Assembly: GCA_964561155.1 (NCBI GenBank)
Contig: CAZLOI010000001.1
Coordinates: 366,759-430,758, forward strand
Direction: 5' to 3'
Length of the DNA: 64,000 bases
Origin: an uncultured Candidatus Saccharibacteria bacterium
GTDB taxonomy: Bacteria; Patescibacteriota; Dojkabacteria; J137
Position 1 is the first letter of the stretch. Each line of letters begins with the position of its first letter. Position numbers and translations under genes: made by a program. The notes under the pieces were generated by a model, which saw nothing but the letters and a program-made list of their open reading frames with translations, did not search any database and was not told the origin of the DNA. This document shows, in pieces, positions 31,747 through 41,107 of this stretch.

Positions 31747-32303
31747 TGGCTACTCAAAAGCAATTCAAGTTTAACTTGGTTACACCAATAACCAAAGAAG
31801 AGATTACAACTATAGAAGATAGAGATAATACTCTGGTTAATTCTTTTATACTAATCTTTGCTGGAGTATTCGTTTTCTCTGCCCTTACACTACTCAGTTC
31901 CCTATTAATTGAACCAGCGTTAGTGAATTCAGCAGCAGCACTAAGGAATAAACAGGCATCTTTAGCCCAATACAACCAAGTTAAGCTACTAAACGGAGAG
32001 TTTGTAATCAAAGCAAGAGCCCTTAGCCCCCTACTTGATCTAGATATTAAACCTGCAAAGCTTGTAGAGATAGTTGATAAGCTAGTTTCAACGTTGTCTT
32101 CAGAGGTAGATATAGAGAGTTTTGGTAGAGAAAGAACAGGAAACTTTGTTATTCAGGCGGATCTTAACGACTTTAGTAGTTTAGAGCTTGTTCAGGATTT
32201 CTTTAGGGAGAACAGCGAGGATGTAGGTAATTTGTTCTTTACTCAGGTTGCTAATACCGATGGAAGCTTATTCGTTTCAATGACTTTTGATATTCTAATT
32301 TAA
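31746..32303 (+). CDS. pilN: PilN-like bitopic inner-membrane pilus alignment protein
   Basis: Single TM (FILIFAGVFVFSALTLLSSLL) after a short cytoplasmic N-terminus. Position and 1-nt overlap with pilM. Confidence 0.5.
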   Translation: MATQKQFKFNLVTPITKEEITTIEDRDNTLVNSFILIFAGVFVFSALTLLSSLLIEPALVNSAAALRNKQASLAQYNQVKLLNGEFVIKARALSPLLDLDIKPAKLVEIVDKLVSTLSSEVDIESFGRERTGNFVIQADLNDFSSLELVQDFFRENSEDVGNLFFTQVANTDGSLFVSMTFDILI

Positions 32304-32986
32304 TGGAAAAAAGCAGAGCAAAGACAATTAGAATTTATATAGTACCAATAATAACGTTGGTAGTTTTCGTAGGTATAATCATATTCTTAATAGTACCTAA
32401 GATTAGTAGTATCTTTGGTGGCCTTGGTCAAATTGGACTAGATAATCAAGCTATCGCAGATACAGATGCTATGGCTACAGTTCTTGAGAACTTGGAAGCA
32501 AGGAAGCCAGCTCTTGAACTAGATCTAGAGAACTTGAATACTATAGCTTCCGGTGGAACAACTAGGGTAGTTGAGTTCAGAGACAAGATTGCAGGTGTTT
32601 TAACTAACTTTGATCTAACTATCGAGAGTCAAAACATTAGCGAATCTTCTTTTATAAATGCAGATCTTCAGGAAGATGTAATTCTAATTGAGATTCCATT
32701 CGATTTCGCAGTAACGGGTACACTTGATGATACCAAAGCCTTTATTAACTCTTTAAGTAATATTGATGACTTCGCTATCGTTAAGGAGCTAGATATCACT
32801 AAAGGAGATGGTAATCTATGGATCATGAATATAATCCTGATTAAGTATCAGTTTGGAACAAACCCAGATGAAGACGAGTTGTACCTAAGTGTAGATACTC
32901 AAGCCTCTGTACCAGACAATATTAGAGGCTACTTAGACTCTAGAGTTAACAATGCACTCCCTTCTATTGAGGAATCAGAGCTTTAA
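32303..32986 (+). CDS. pilO: PilO-like bitopic inner-membrane pilus alignment protein
   Basis: Single TM (IYIVPIITLVVFVGIIIFLIV). Coiled-coil segment, then a periplasmic-type domain. Last gene of the pilMNO-like triplet. Confidence 0.45.
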   Translation: MEKSRAKTIRIYIVPIITLVVFVGIIIFLIVPKISSIFGGLGQIGLDNQAIADTDAMATVLENLEARKPALELDLENLNTIASGGTTRVVEFRDKIAGVLTNFDLTIESQNISESSFINADLQEDVILIEIPFDFAVTGTLDDTKAFINSLSNIDDFAIVKELDITKGDGNLWIMNIILIKYQFGTNPDEDELYLSVDTQASVPDNIRGYLDSRVNNALPSIEESEL

Positions 32987-33007
32987 TAGTTTATGTTAAA
33001 GCCATTA

Positions 33008-33035
33008 AAAAAGACCCTTTCGGGTCTTTTCTTTT
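33008..33035. terminator. bidirectional rho-independent terminator between pilO (+) and rpsP (-)
   Basis: AAAAAAGACCCTTTCGGGTCTTTTCTTTT: a perfect 6-bp GC-rich stem with a 4-nt loop, flanked by an A-run and a T-run. Confidence 0.8.
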
Positions 33036-33047
33036 AAATTCGTTTGA

Positions 33048-33347
33048 TTATGCCTTTCTTTCAGTAGCTTTCTTTCCTGGTTTCTTTGAATATACTTTCT
33101 TTACAGGTACTGCTTCCATTATTCCTTTCTTAGCAAGCATGTATCTAACTGTGTCTGTAGGTTGAGCACCAACAGATAGCCAGTACTTAATTCTATCTTC
33201 TTTAACTACAATCTCCTTGTTTAAAGGTGAGTAATGTCCTACATTTTCAATGAATTTAGACTCTCTCTTCTCTCTAGCAGGTGTAACTACCATTCTAAAG
33301 AAAGGTGTATTTCTTTTTCCGAATCTTGATAATCTGATCTTTACCAT
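33048..33347 (-). CDS. rpsP: 30S ribosomal protein S16
   Basis: [41 protein letters not shown] is the S16 signature. Confidence 0.9.
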   Translation of the reverse strand: MVKIRLSRFGKRNTPFFRMVVTPAREKRESKFIENVGHYSPLNKEIVVKEDRIKYWLSVGAQPTDTVRYMLAKKGIMEAVPVKKVYSKKPGKKATERKA

Positions 33348-33385
33348 ACAAATATATATTAATTAAGCGTAGAATTTTATCATAA

Positions 33386-34102
33386 TCATTGGACTTTGTC
33401 GCTACTAATCTGCTGTTTTAGCTTTTCCCAGTGTTGAATTGCAAACTTAGCTGCATTTTGCTCAGCTTCTTGCTTACTCTTGCCAGTACCGCTACCAAAG
33501 GACTTTGATCCAATAAACACTTCCATCTTGAAAACCTTGTTGTGATCAGGGCCTGTTGCCTCGATGAGGGAATATGATGGAGTTACTCTAACCTCTTCTT
33601 GAGCAATTTCCTGAAGCTTTGTCTTCGCATCGATATCTCCTTCGTTGTGAATAATATCTTCAATCTTGTATAGAATGTTCTTTGTTATAAAGGCTTTGCA
33701 GGCATCGTACCCAAGCGTTAAATACATAGCACCAATGATGGCTTCTACAGTATTTGCAAGAATATATAATCTAGTCCTACCACCACTCATATCCTCTCCC
33801 TTGCTCATTAGAATATATTGACCTAGATTCAATCTCTTTGCCTCTTCAGCAAGTGATTCAGTCTTTACAAGAGCTGATCTATAGCTAGTTAGTACTCCTT
33901 CTGGGTCTTCTGGGAACTTTTCGAATAGGTATTGTGTAGCTACAAGCTCTAATACTGCATCTCCTAGAAACTCATATCTTTCGTTGTGTTCTAGCTGTTC
34001 TCTTGCTTCGTTGTGGTATGAACGATGCGTAAGAGCAACCTTTAAGTTACTTTCAGGTATATCTGCTTCTAATATTTTTCTTAGTTCATCAAAATTACTC
34101 AT
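33386..34102 (-). CDS. rnc: ribonuclease III
   Basis: ERYEFLGDAVLELVATQYLF signature. C-terminal dsRBD (KTKLQEIAQ...GTGKSKQEAEQNAAKFAI). Confidence 0.92.
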   Translation of the reverse strand: MSNFDELRKILEADIPESNLKVALTHRSYHNEAREQLEHNERYEFLGDAVLELVATQYLFEKFPEDPEGVLTSYRSALVKTESLAEEAKRLNLGQYILMSKGEDMSGGRTRLYILANTVEAIIGAMYLTLGYDACKAFITKNILYKIEDIIHNEGDIDAKTKLQEIAQEEVRVTPSYSLIEATGPDHNKVFKMEVFIGSKSFGSGTGKSKQEAEQNAAKFAIQHWEKLKQQISSDKVQ

Positions 34103-34556
34103 TTTTCTTTTTTAATGCCAATTTAAGATCTTCATCCTTAGCTATTGTACCCAAAACTCCATTGATAAAGCCAGCACCTTCGTCTGAACCAAGCTCCTTT
34201 TTAAGCTCAATAGCTTCGTTTATTACGATAGCTACTGGTGTAAGCTCAGCTATGAAAGCTTCAAATATTGAAACCCTAAGAATGATTAGGTTCAAAATAT
34301 TCATATCCTCTAAATGCCATGTAGGAGCCAATGCTTCGATAACTTTGTCTATCTGAGTCTGGTATTCCATTACTCCTTCAGTTATAACTTCATATAACCT
34401 AGTATCGTATTTCCTCTCTTCAAGAATATCTAATACAGAATTGGGTTCAAAAAATCCCAAGTCTACATTAGTATCTTGGGACTTATAATAGGTGTATAGG
34501 AAAGAAATGGATAATATTCTGGATAAATGTTTGTCCAGGTTTTTGCTATTAGTCAT
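34095..34556 (-). CDS. nusB: transcription antitermination factor NusB
   Basis: VAIVINEAIELKKELGSDEGAGFINGVLGTI matches NusB (VAINEAIELAK.FG....KFVNGVLDK). The track ORF extends to 34643, but the Met at 34556 follows immediately after the rpmF stop, giving a 154-aa protein. Confidence 0.8.
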   Translation of the reverse strand: MTNSKNLDKHLSRILSISFLYTYYKSQDTNVDLGFFEPNSVLDILEERKYDTRLYEVITEGVMEYQTQIDKVIEALAPTWHLEDMNILNLIILRVSIFEAFIAELTPVAIVINEAIELKKELGSDEGAGFINGVLGTIAKDEDLKLALKKKNE

Positions 34557-34764
34557 TAATAACTTTTCTACCTTTGTAACTAGGATCCTCTTTAGTAACT
34601 CTGTGTGAAAGAGTTGGAAGTCCTGTTTCTTTAGAGATAACAAAGAATTTGCCTCCCTTTTTCTTCATAGTTCTAGCTTTGTTTAAAACAACATCATATC
34701 TATTTGATGCTCTAGTTTTCCCAGCCTTTGACGATGATCTTTTATGTTTAGGTGTTGCTGCCAT
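34549..34764 (-). CDS. rpmF: 50S ribosomal protein L32 (Cys-less variant)
   Basis: MAATPKHKRSSSKAGKTRASNRYD...YKGRKV resembles L32 (MAVPKRKTSKSRRDKRRAH...YKGKQV). No zinc-ribbon cysteines. Confidence 0.6.
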   Translation of the reverse strand: MAATPKHKRSSSKAGKTRASNRYDVVLNKARTMKKKGGKFFVISKETGLPTLSHRVTKEDPSYKGRKVIND

Positions 34765-34783
34765 ACAAAATACTTCTTAATAT

Positions 34784-35353
34784 TCAAATCTGATCTATTT
34801 TAACAGAATTAATCGCTTTTAGGAAGTACAGTGTGTTGTTTCCGACCAATTTTGTGTCTAATAAATCAAAATATTCTTCGAATTCAGGTTTTTCTTCCAT
34901 TGTAGGGTGTTTCACCACTACCAAACCATCTGCTTTAACTAATTCCCTTAATGTAGAAAACTTTAAATCCCTTGCATTCTTAAAGGGTGGATCCGCTACC
35001 ACTAGGTCTACTAGATCCATCTGTGGGAGCTTGTTCTTTAAGCTTTTGTAGTCTGTCATAACAATACTCGTATTGCCCTTTTCCTCAACTGGCAGCTTCT
35101 CGATGTTCTTCTTTAGAAACATGATTGATTTGTCATCGTTGTCTGAGAATATAACTTTGCTAGCCCCTCTACTCAATGCTTCTAGACCAATTGAACCTGC
35201 TCCGCAGAATAGATCCAGCACTACTTTTCCTTGAATATAGTGGCTTAGGGTATCGAAAAGAACTAGCTTTGTTCTTTCTGTAAAAGGTCGCGTGTTCGTT
35301 GGAATATCCAATCTTAAATTCTTGAATTTACCTGCTGTGATTCTTGGGTTCAT
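34784..35353 (-). CDS. rsmD: 16S rRNA (guanine966-N2)-methyltransferase RsmD family
   Basis: VLDLFCGAGSIGLEALSRGA (SAM-binding). VVADPPF (DPPF motif). 189 aa. Confidence 0.85.
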   Translation of the reverse strand: MNPRITAGKFKNLRLDIPTNTRPFTERTKLVLFDTLSHYIQGKVVLDLFCGAGSIGLEALSRGASKVIFSDNDDKSIMFLKKNIEKLPVEEKGNTSIVMTDYKSLKNKLPQMDLVDLVVADPPFKNARDLKFSTLRELVKADGLVVVKHPTMEEKPEFEEYFDLLDTKLVGNNTLYFLKAINSVKIDQI

Positions 35354-35799
35354 GGAACGGCGTTGTAAAGGATAATACCAGTTGTTGTAGATACATTTAG
35401 TGAATTCTTTTTCCCAAGCATTGGTATTTCTGCAATATGATCAGATGCACTTAGCGTCGCCTCAGATACACCAGTGATCTCGTTCCCAAAAACAAACGCT
35501 ATTTTCTCTCCGTAGTTAATTTTCCTGTAATCCTCAGATTTCTCAGACTGCTCAACAGATACTATTTGAAACCCTTCCGCTTTAAGTTTTCCTAGTAGTT
35601 CTCCTGTATCCTTGACATGTTCCCATTGTATGAAGTTTTCAGCACCTAAAGCTGTCTTTACAACCTTTGGATGTTTACCATCTGGTGTAATTCCACACAT
35701 ATATACTTTAGATACTCCTGCTCCATCGGAAGTTCTGAGAACAGAACCCACATTAAAGGTTGATCTTACATCTTCTAGTACCACTACAATTTCTTTCAT
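35350..35799 (-). CDS. SpoU/TrmH-family RNA 2'-O-methyltransferase (TrmL-sized)
   Basis: SPOUT motifs: FNVGSVLRTSDGAGV, FVFGNEITGVS, IPMLGKKNSLNVSTTTGIILY. 149 aa. Confidence 0.8.
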   Translation of the reverse strand: MKEIVVVLEDVRSTFNVGSVLRTSDGAGVSKVYMCGITPDGKHPKVVKTALGAENFIQWEHVKDTGELLGKLKAEGFQIVSVEQSEKSEDYRKINYGEKIAFVFGNEITGVSEATLSASDHIAEIPMLGKKNSLNVSTTTGIILYNAVP

Positions 35800-35884
35800 A
35801 GAGTGAATTATATCATCTGATAAGGGTATTAACCACCAGGGACCAGTTCAGGTTCCCTCTGATTCTACTCTTACAAACTGGATG

Positions 35885-37879
35885 TTAAGAGAATATTGTT
35901 ATATTTCTGACACCAGAATCATATAGTTTCTTTGCAATGTCCTTTGTACTCATCATTGATTCAAAGTCAGAGAAGTCTGCAATCTTTAGATTAGGAATAC
36001 CAGATTGTTTGGTTCCATAGATTTCTCCAGGTCCTCTATTCTTGAGGTCAAACTGTGATATTGCCATACCATCTGAGGTTTCACAGAAGAACTTGAGTTT
36101 CTCTGCATAGGCTTCAGTCATGTTTTCTGATAAAGATAAGAAGCACCAGCTTTCTCTGTGACTACGTCCTACCCTACCCCTAATTTGGTGTAGTTGAGCT
36201 AGTCCAAATCGTTCTGGATTCTCTACGACCATAACAGTAGCTTCGGGAACATCTATACCTACCTCAATTACACTCGTTGATAGAAGTAGCTTGGTTGCAC
36301 CGGAAGCAAACTTGGCCATAGCTTCCTGTTTTTGATTCTCTTTCATTTTGCCATGCAATACCCCAATCTCTTCTTCCTTGAAGTGTTCCATGAGCTTTGC
36401 TTTAATTATTGGAATGTTTTTTAAGTTTGCTTCCTCACTTTCTATAGCAGGAACAACCCAATATACGCGGTCTCCTCCACTCATCTTTTCTTTAACCCAG
36501 TGAATTAGATCTTCTCTCTTTGATTCTTCAAATAGTCTCGTTTTAATCTCAGCTCTTCCAGAAGGCTTTGTTTTAATGTACTCAACAGCAACATCTCCGA
36601 ATATGAACTCAATAACCGTTCTTGGTATAGGGGTAGCGGACATATTTAAGAAATGAGGAAAGAAAGTATTTGAATACAAAGAATTGTATTCTTTAAGTAG
36701 CTCCTCTCTTTGATTAACTCCAAACTTGTGCTGTTCATCGACAATAACTAGGCCTGGTTTCTTTATTAGATCAGCTTTTCTAGAAAGAATAGCTGTTGTA
36801 CCAATTAAAATATCTGGGTTAGAGTTTGTAGTCTTTGAAGTAATGAGTCCTATATTTAAATCATTTCCTAAGTAGTTACTAAAGTTCTTGAAGTGCTGTT
36901 CAGCAAGTATTGTAGTTGGAGCAAGCACAATTACTTGATACCCAGACTTCGCAACAATTAAAGCTAGCAGGACTGCAATGATTGTTTTACCTGATCCAAC
37001 ATCTCCTTGGATCATAGAATCTATAAGTTCATTACCTATCATCTTATTCACAAGAGAATTAAGAACTGCTTGCTGATCTGTTGTTAATTCAAAGGGTAGG
37101 TTTTTAACAGCTTTATTCAGGGATTCTAGAGCGCTCTCTTTGTCTATGGTAGGGGATGGCGGAAGTTTCCTTGAGTTTCTCTTCTCTATTAGATGTAGCT
37201 GTATATTTGTAAATTCATAGAATGAAAGCTCTTTAACAGCCTTCTCCACCTGAGAGATATCATCTGGGAAATGTAGTTTAGCCAAAGAATCCTTTAGATT
37301 GTATCCATACTCCTCTAGTTCATTAGGAATATCTAGGTTATCTATATTCTTAACTAGGTACTGGATTCTGTTTCGTAACCACTTCTTTGAAATTCCTGAA
37401 GTTAGACTATATTCTGGAGCGAAATCTCGTAGGTGTACTATATCTTTTCCTTCTTTAAGTTGTTCGTAGTTATCTGGAAAGAATATTGTATGCTTGCCTT
37501 TAACCTTAACTCTTCCTGAAAGAAGATACTCCGTATTTGGTTTTAGTGTTTCTGGAAGGAATTTCTGATTAAACCATGAAAGCTTTATCTCTCCACTATC
37601 ATCATATCCAATACCTTCCTGCAGAGTCATTCGCCTTCCTCTTACAAAGATATTCTTCATTCCTCTAATCTGAACTCGAAGCAGGTATCTATCCTCTTCG
37701 TTTGGATCCAAAAGTATTTCGGATATAGTTTTAAGGTTAGTATTTTCTGTGTATCGGTATGGGAAGTATGTAAGTAGGTCTTTAACTGTGAATATATCTA
37801 GTTTCTCAAATTTTTTTGAGTATGCATCACTTATGAAAGGTATTGCGCTTACAGGTGATGTAAGTTCTATTTTGATCAT
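35885..37879 (-). CDS. recG: ATP-dependent DNA helicase RecG
   Basis: Wedge/OB N-terminal region. Walker A GDVGSGKTIIAVL. DExH VIVDEQHKFGV. Motif VI QLHQIRGRVGRS. 664 aa. Confidence 0.9.
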   Translation of the reverse strand: MIKIELTSPVSAIPFISDAYSKKFEKLDIFTVKDLLTYFPYRYTENTNLKTISEILLDPNEEDRYLLRVQIRGMKNIFVRGRRMTLQEGIGYDDSGEIKLSWFNQKFLPETLKPNTEYLLSGRVKVKGKHTIFFPDNYEQLKEGKDIVHLRDFAPEYSLTSGISKKWLRNRIQYLVKNIDNLDIPNELEEYGYNLKDSLAKLHFPDDISQVEKAVKELSFYEFTNIQLHLIEKRNSRKLPPSPTIDKESALESLNKAVKNLPFELTTDQQAVLNSLVNKMIGNELIDSMIQGDVGSGKTIIAVLLALIVAKSGYQVIVLAPTTILAEQHFKNFSNYLGNDLNIGLITSKTTNSNPDILIGTTAILSRKADLIKKPGLVIVDEQHKFGVNQREELLKEYNSLYSNTFFPHFLNMSATPIPRTVIEFIFGDVAVEYIKTKPSGRAEIKTRLFEESKREDLIHWVKEKMSGGDRVYWVVPAIESEEANLKNIPIIKAKLMEHFKEEEIGVLHGKMKENQKQEAMAKFASGATKLLLSTSVIEVGIDVPEATVMVVENPERFGLAQLHQIRGRVGRSHRESWCFLSLSENMTEAYAEKLKFFCETSDGMAISQFDLKNRGPGEIYGTKQSGIPNLKIADFSDFESMMSTKDIAKKLYDSGVRNITIFS

Positions 37880-38193
37880 GTAATGAACACTGAGAATATT
37901 GCTAGTACTGGAGGAAGTATTATTCCTGCTAGTATAGCGATTATAAAGAAGGATCTAATAAATGATCTTAGTTTCTTGTTTCCGTAGATTTTCTGTACGT
38001 GTCTTTGCATGGTTATAGTTTAACATTTGGTTGCGTAATAATTACATAGAATCGTAAGTTTTGTAAAGCTATGAGAACAGAAGTTGAATTGGTCATGTTC
38101 CTAATCAAAGTTATAGGAGATCGAGATATGTCACACACAATTGACAAATAGGGACTCTGACCCTAAACTCAACATTAGTTACAAATATAGATT

Positions 38194-39582
38194 ATGCAAA
38201 GACGTACTATCCTCCTAGTTACCCTTTTCGTTGTCGTTAGTGTTTCAGCAACAATATTAACAGCGTTTGGTATTGCCGATTATTCTGCTCCTGTAGCTAT
38301 GGCGCAATCACAGGGTACATATATTGAGGCTAGTGATGATCTGGCCAATGAGTTTGCTCAGGTAGTTTGTAGCGATGTGAAAGCGAATATAAATATTCAA
38401 GGAACTGAGTTAACATTAAAGACTAAAGAGAATGTAGGAGGTGCTATTGATGAACTAATGTATAAAGGTGTGGATCTTATAAATAGTTTCGATCATGGAA
38501 GACAGTTGCAATATGCTCTTTCTGTGAATAACGCTGGAGAATGTAATAACCCGACTGAAGGTGGTTCTATAGTTAATGGTCCAGTTAGTTCACCTTCAAC
38601 ATCTAAGTTACAAGCAAGTTGTAAGCTAGCTCCTAATCAACTCTTTACTAGAACTAGGATGGCATATTGGCTTCCAGCAGGATCTAGTTCTGGAGGTAAT
38701 TTCTGCAACGGTAATTCTTCCAAAACTATTAATACAACAAATCTTTCCGACTACAAAATATCGAAGATTGTAACGATTGGCTATGAAGGTAACGAAAATA
38801 TAGTCAGAATGGTTAGTAGATTAAAGATTCCTGAGGAGTTTAATTCTGCAAATATAGAGATTCCAACAATATATTTAGACAAGCAATACAACAAGGTATA
38901 TAAGTATGATCTCCTAACTCAAGACTTGGTAAGAATCCCAAATAGTGAGACAGAATCTACATCAAGCTACCTAACCTTTATGAAATACATAGGTAAATCA
39001 CCAGCTGTATTAAGCGATGGTACTAACTATGTGGCTATATACTCTCCTCGCGCTTCAACCAACGGTATCTTCAAGTTTGATCTTTCAGATCCAAGTTCTA
39101 CTGCAGATGGTTCAAAGATTCAGGCTATATATAGTATGGGATCTAGAAGAGCTGACCAAGTTGAATATTTCGAGAGTTTTGTAATAGTCGGTGGATATAA
39201 TAAGGTTGTAAGTTCACTAAAGTTCCTTCTTGAAAACAAACCAATAGAATCTGAAAGCACTGGTAGTGTAGATATACTCACTTGTTCAAGAATAGCAGGA
39301 TGGGCATGTAATCCTGGGGATCCTTCAGAAGTAATTAAAATCGAAGTACATACAGTAGATAAAGTTAGTGGAGCGTTAACTCTAGTTAGAAGTGTGGATG
39401 CAAATCAACATAGCGAGCCTGGTGTGAATACAATTTGCAATGGAAGCAACAAGAGGTTTGATGTTTCTATGGACACTCTTCTACAGGGATTGGATAGAAA
39501 TTTCGTAGAGGTATATGCAGTTAACGCCAAGGGTCAAAGTATAATTTTACCGAATGGTTCAAAGAAACTGACTTGCGAATAG
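38194..39582 (+). CDS. secreted hypothetical protein (signal peptide)
   Basis: Signal peptide MQRRTILLVTLFVVVSVSATILTAFGIA with an AxA-like cleavage region (AMAQSQ). Ser/Thr/Asn-rich. Several Cys residues. No recognisable catalytic motifs. Confidence 0.55.
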   Translation: MQRRTILLVTLFVVVSVSATILTAFGIADYSAPVAMAQSQGTYIEASDDLANEFAQVVCSDVKANINIQGTELTLKTKENVGGAIDELMYKGVDLINSFDHGRQLQYALSVNNAGECNNPTEGGSIVNGPVSSPSTSKLQASCKLAPNQLFTRTRMAYWLPAGSSSGGNFCNGNSSKTINTTNLSDYKISKIVTIGYEGNENIVRMVSRLKIPEEFNSANIEIPTIYLDKQYNKVYKYDLLTQDLVRIPNSETESTSSYLTFMKYIGKSPAVLSDGTNYVAIYSPRASTNGIFKFDLSDPSSTADGSKIQAIYSMGSRRADQVEYFESFVIVGGYNKVVSSLKFLLENKPIESESTGSVDILTCSRIAGWACNPGDPSEVIKIEVHTVDKVSGALTLVRSVDANQHSEPGVNTICNGSNKRFDVSMDTLLQGLDRNFVEVYAVNAKGQSIILPNGSKKLTCE

Positions 39583-39610
39583 TGTAGAGAATTAAAGAAG
39601 GATATTAATA

Positions 39611-40045
39611 TTACAAAGATGCGCCTTCTAAGGTTAGAAGGAGTTTCTTAACTTCGGATCCTCCCATACTATATTTTCCAATACTCCCATCTTTCCTTAC
39701 CACTCTATGGCATGGGATTATTATTGGGATTGGATTGCTCCTAACTGCAGTAGCGGTAGCTCGTACAGCTTTTTCATTGCCTGCTCTCTTCGCAAGTTCA
39801 GAATATGTAACAGTTTCTCCGTACCTAACCTTTGAAAGTGCATCCCATACTCTCTTTTGAAACTCTGTACCTTTTGGATTAATTTTGATATCAGAGAAAT
39901 CCTTTCTTGTTTTATTGAAATATTGTTCAAGTATTTGGGTATTCATAACATCGCTTAGTTTATGTTTAGCAGGTGACAAAGATGTTATTGAACCATCTTC
40001 TGTTGTAGTATCAAACCCGAAAGGGAATATTAGTTTATAGTCCAT
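39611..40045 (-). CDS. ogt: methylated-DNA--protein-cysteine methyltransferase (Ogt/MGMT)
   Basis: Active-site PCHRVV. HTH-like TVTYSELAKRAGNEKAVRATATAVRSNPIPIIIPCHRVV. Confidence 0.85.
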   Translation of the reverse strand: MDYKLIFPFGFDTTTEDGSITSLSPAKHKLSDVMNTQILEQYFNKTRKDFSDIKINPKGTEFQKRVWDALSKVRYGETVTYSELAKRAGNEKAVRATATAVRSNPIPIIIPCHRVVRKDGSIGKYSMGGSEVKKLLLTLEGASL

Positions 40046-40128
40046 ATACTTAATTTTATCATACAGCTAATAGATGACTGGGGAATGGAAAAGGTGTATA
40101 TTTCTAATAAGGTAACTAGTATAACAAT

Positions 40129-40692
40129 ATGACCAAAACAGAAAAATATGGAGGACTTTCAATACTAACAGCGTTTATAGGAATATCTATCTGCTTTATC
40201 ATTGAGCAACGCTTCTATCATGTGATATCTGTTTATGGAACACTAGATTCAACAAGAATTGTGTTTTTCGTAACCATGACAATGCTAACAATGTTCTTGT
40301 TTCTGTTCTTAAGATCATTTAAAACAACAGGAGTTACAAGAGTATTAAGTAACTTTGTAGCGATAAGCCCTTTAGGTATTGCCCTATTCCCTTTAAATGG
40401 AGATATGAACTTTCTAACAATACACTGGATGTTTGGAATATTGCTTTTCTTTGGATTACCATTAAACCTTATACTACTCTACAAGAATTTAAAGATAGCA
40501 AGAATTAACATTGCAGGTGTAGTCTACGCTCTATATATAGTGTTGTATCTAATACTCTTCTATACAGGACAATATCTTCTTGCTCAATTCATTGGTGCTG
40601 CATACTCTGCTATACTGATATTAAGAATATTAATTCCCAATCCAATCAAATACTATGGCATTCTACAAACCGATAAGACTGATGCACCCTAG
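40129..40692 (+). CDS. hypothetical polytopic membrane protein
   Basis: About 6 predicted TM helices. No motif recognised. Confidence 0.45.
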   Translation: MTKTEKYGGLSILTAFIGISICFIIEQRFYHVISVYGTLDSTRIVFFVTMTMLTMFLFLFLRSFKTTGVTRVLSNFVAISPLGIALFPLNGDMNFLTIHWMFGILLFFGLPLNLILLYKNLKIARINIAGVVYALYIVLYLILFYTGQYLLAQFIGAAYSAILILRILIPNPIKYYGILQTDKTDAP

Positions 40693-41107
40693 AACAAGTA
40701 ACCCTTTGTTCATATACTTCGAAGAAGGAACAGAAGATCTTGTAGACAGGAGAGATCCTGGTGCTTTGGATACATATCTACAAGAACTATATTCAAAAAA
40801 CGATGCGATTATTAATAGAGGTTCATACCAAATACTATTAATCTGGAACCTAGAAGGAACAATTATGTGCGATGTTTGGATGTTCTTTGTAAATGATGAA
40901 TGGGAACTTCCTACAAACATTGATGTAGCTAACTTTGCGGTTACTGAAGTTGAATTAACTAACGGAGTTACAAGTGGAGATGGATTAAACCTATTGGCTA
41001 CAGAAGAGAACTTGAGAGTTAGTGTAGATAACATTGATCAGTATTTGGCTGTAGATCGTGACTTCGCAGACGGTAGAATATTTAATGGTGAAGAATACTT
41101 CGCTTAA
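40655..41107 (+). CDS. hypothetical protein
   Basis: 150-aa ORF overlapping the previous gene by 38 nt (alternative Met at 40682). Acidic. No motif recognised. An antisense ORF (40663-41034) competes with it. Confidence 0.35.
   Translation: MAFYKPIRLMHPRTSNPLFIYFEEGTEDLVDRRDPGALDTYLQELYSKNDAIINRGSYQILLIWNLEGTIMCDVWMFFVNDEWELPTNIDVANFAVTEVELTNGVTSGDGLNLLATEENLRVSVDNIDQYLAVDRDFADGRIFNGEEYFA

Noticed and set aside
34557-34643. N-terminal 29-codon extension of NusB overlapping the rpmF coding sequence
   Set aside because: The NusB homology begins near the internal Met. The ATG at 34556 abuts the rpmF stop (ATGACTAA overlap), which is a more plausible coupled start than a 95-nt overlap.
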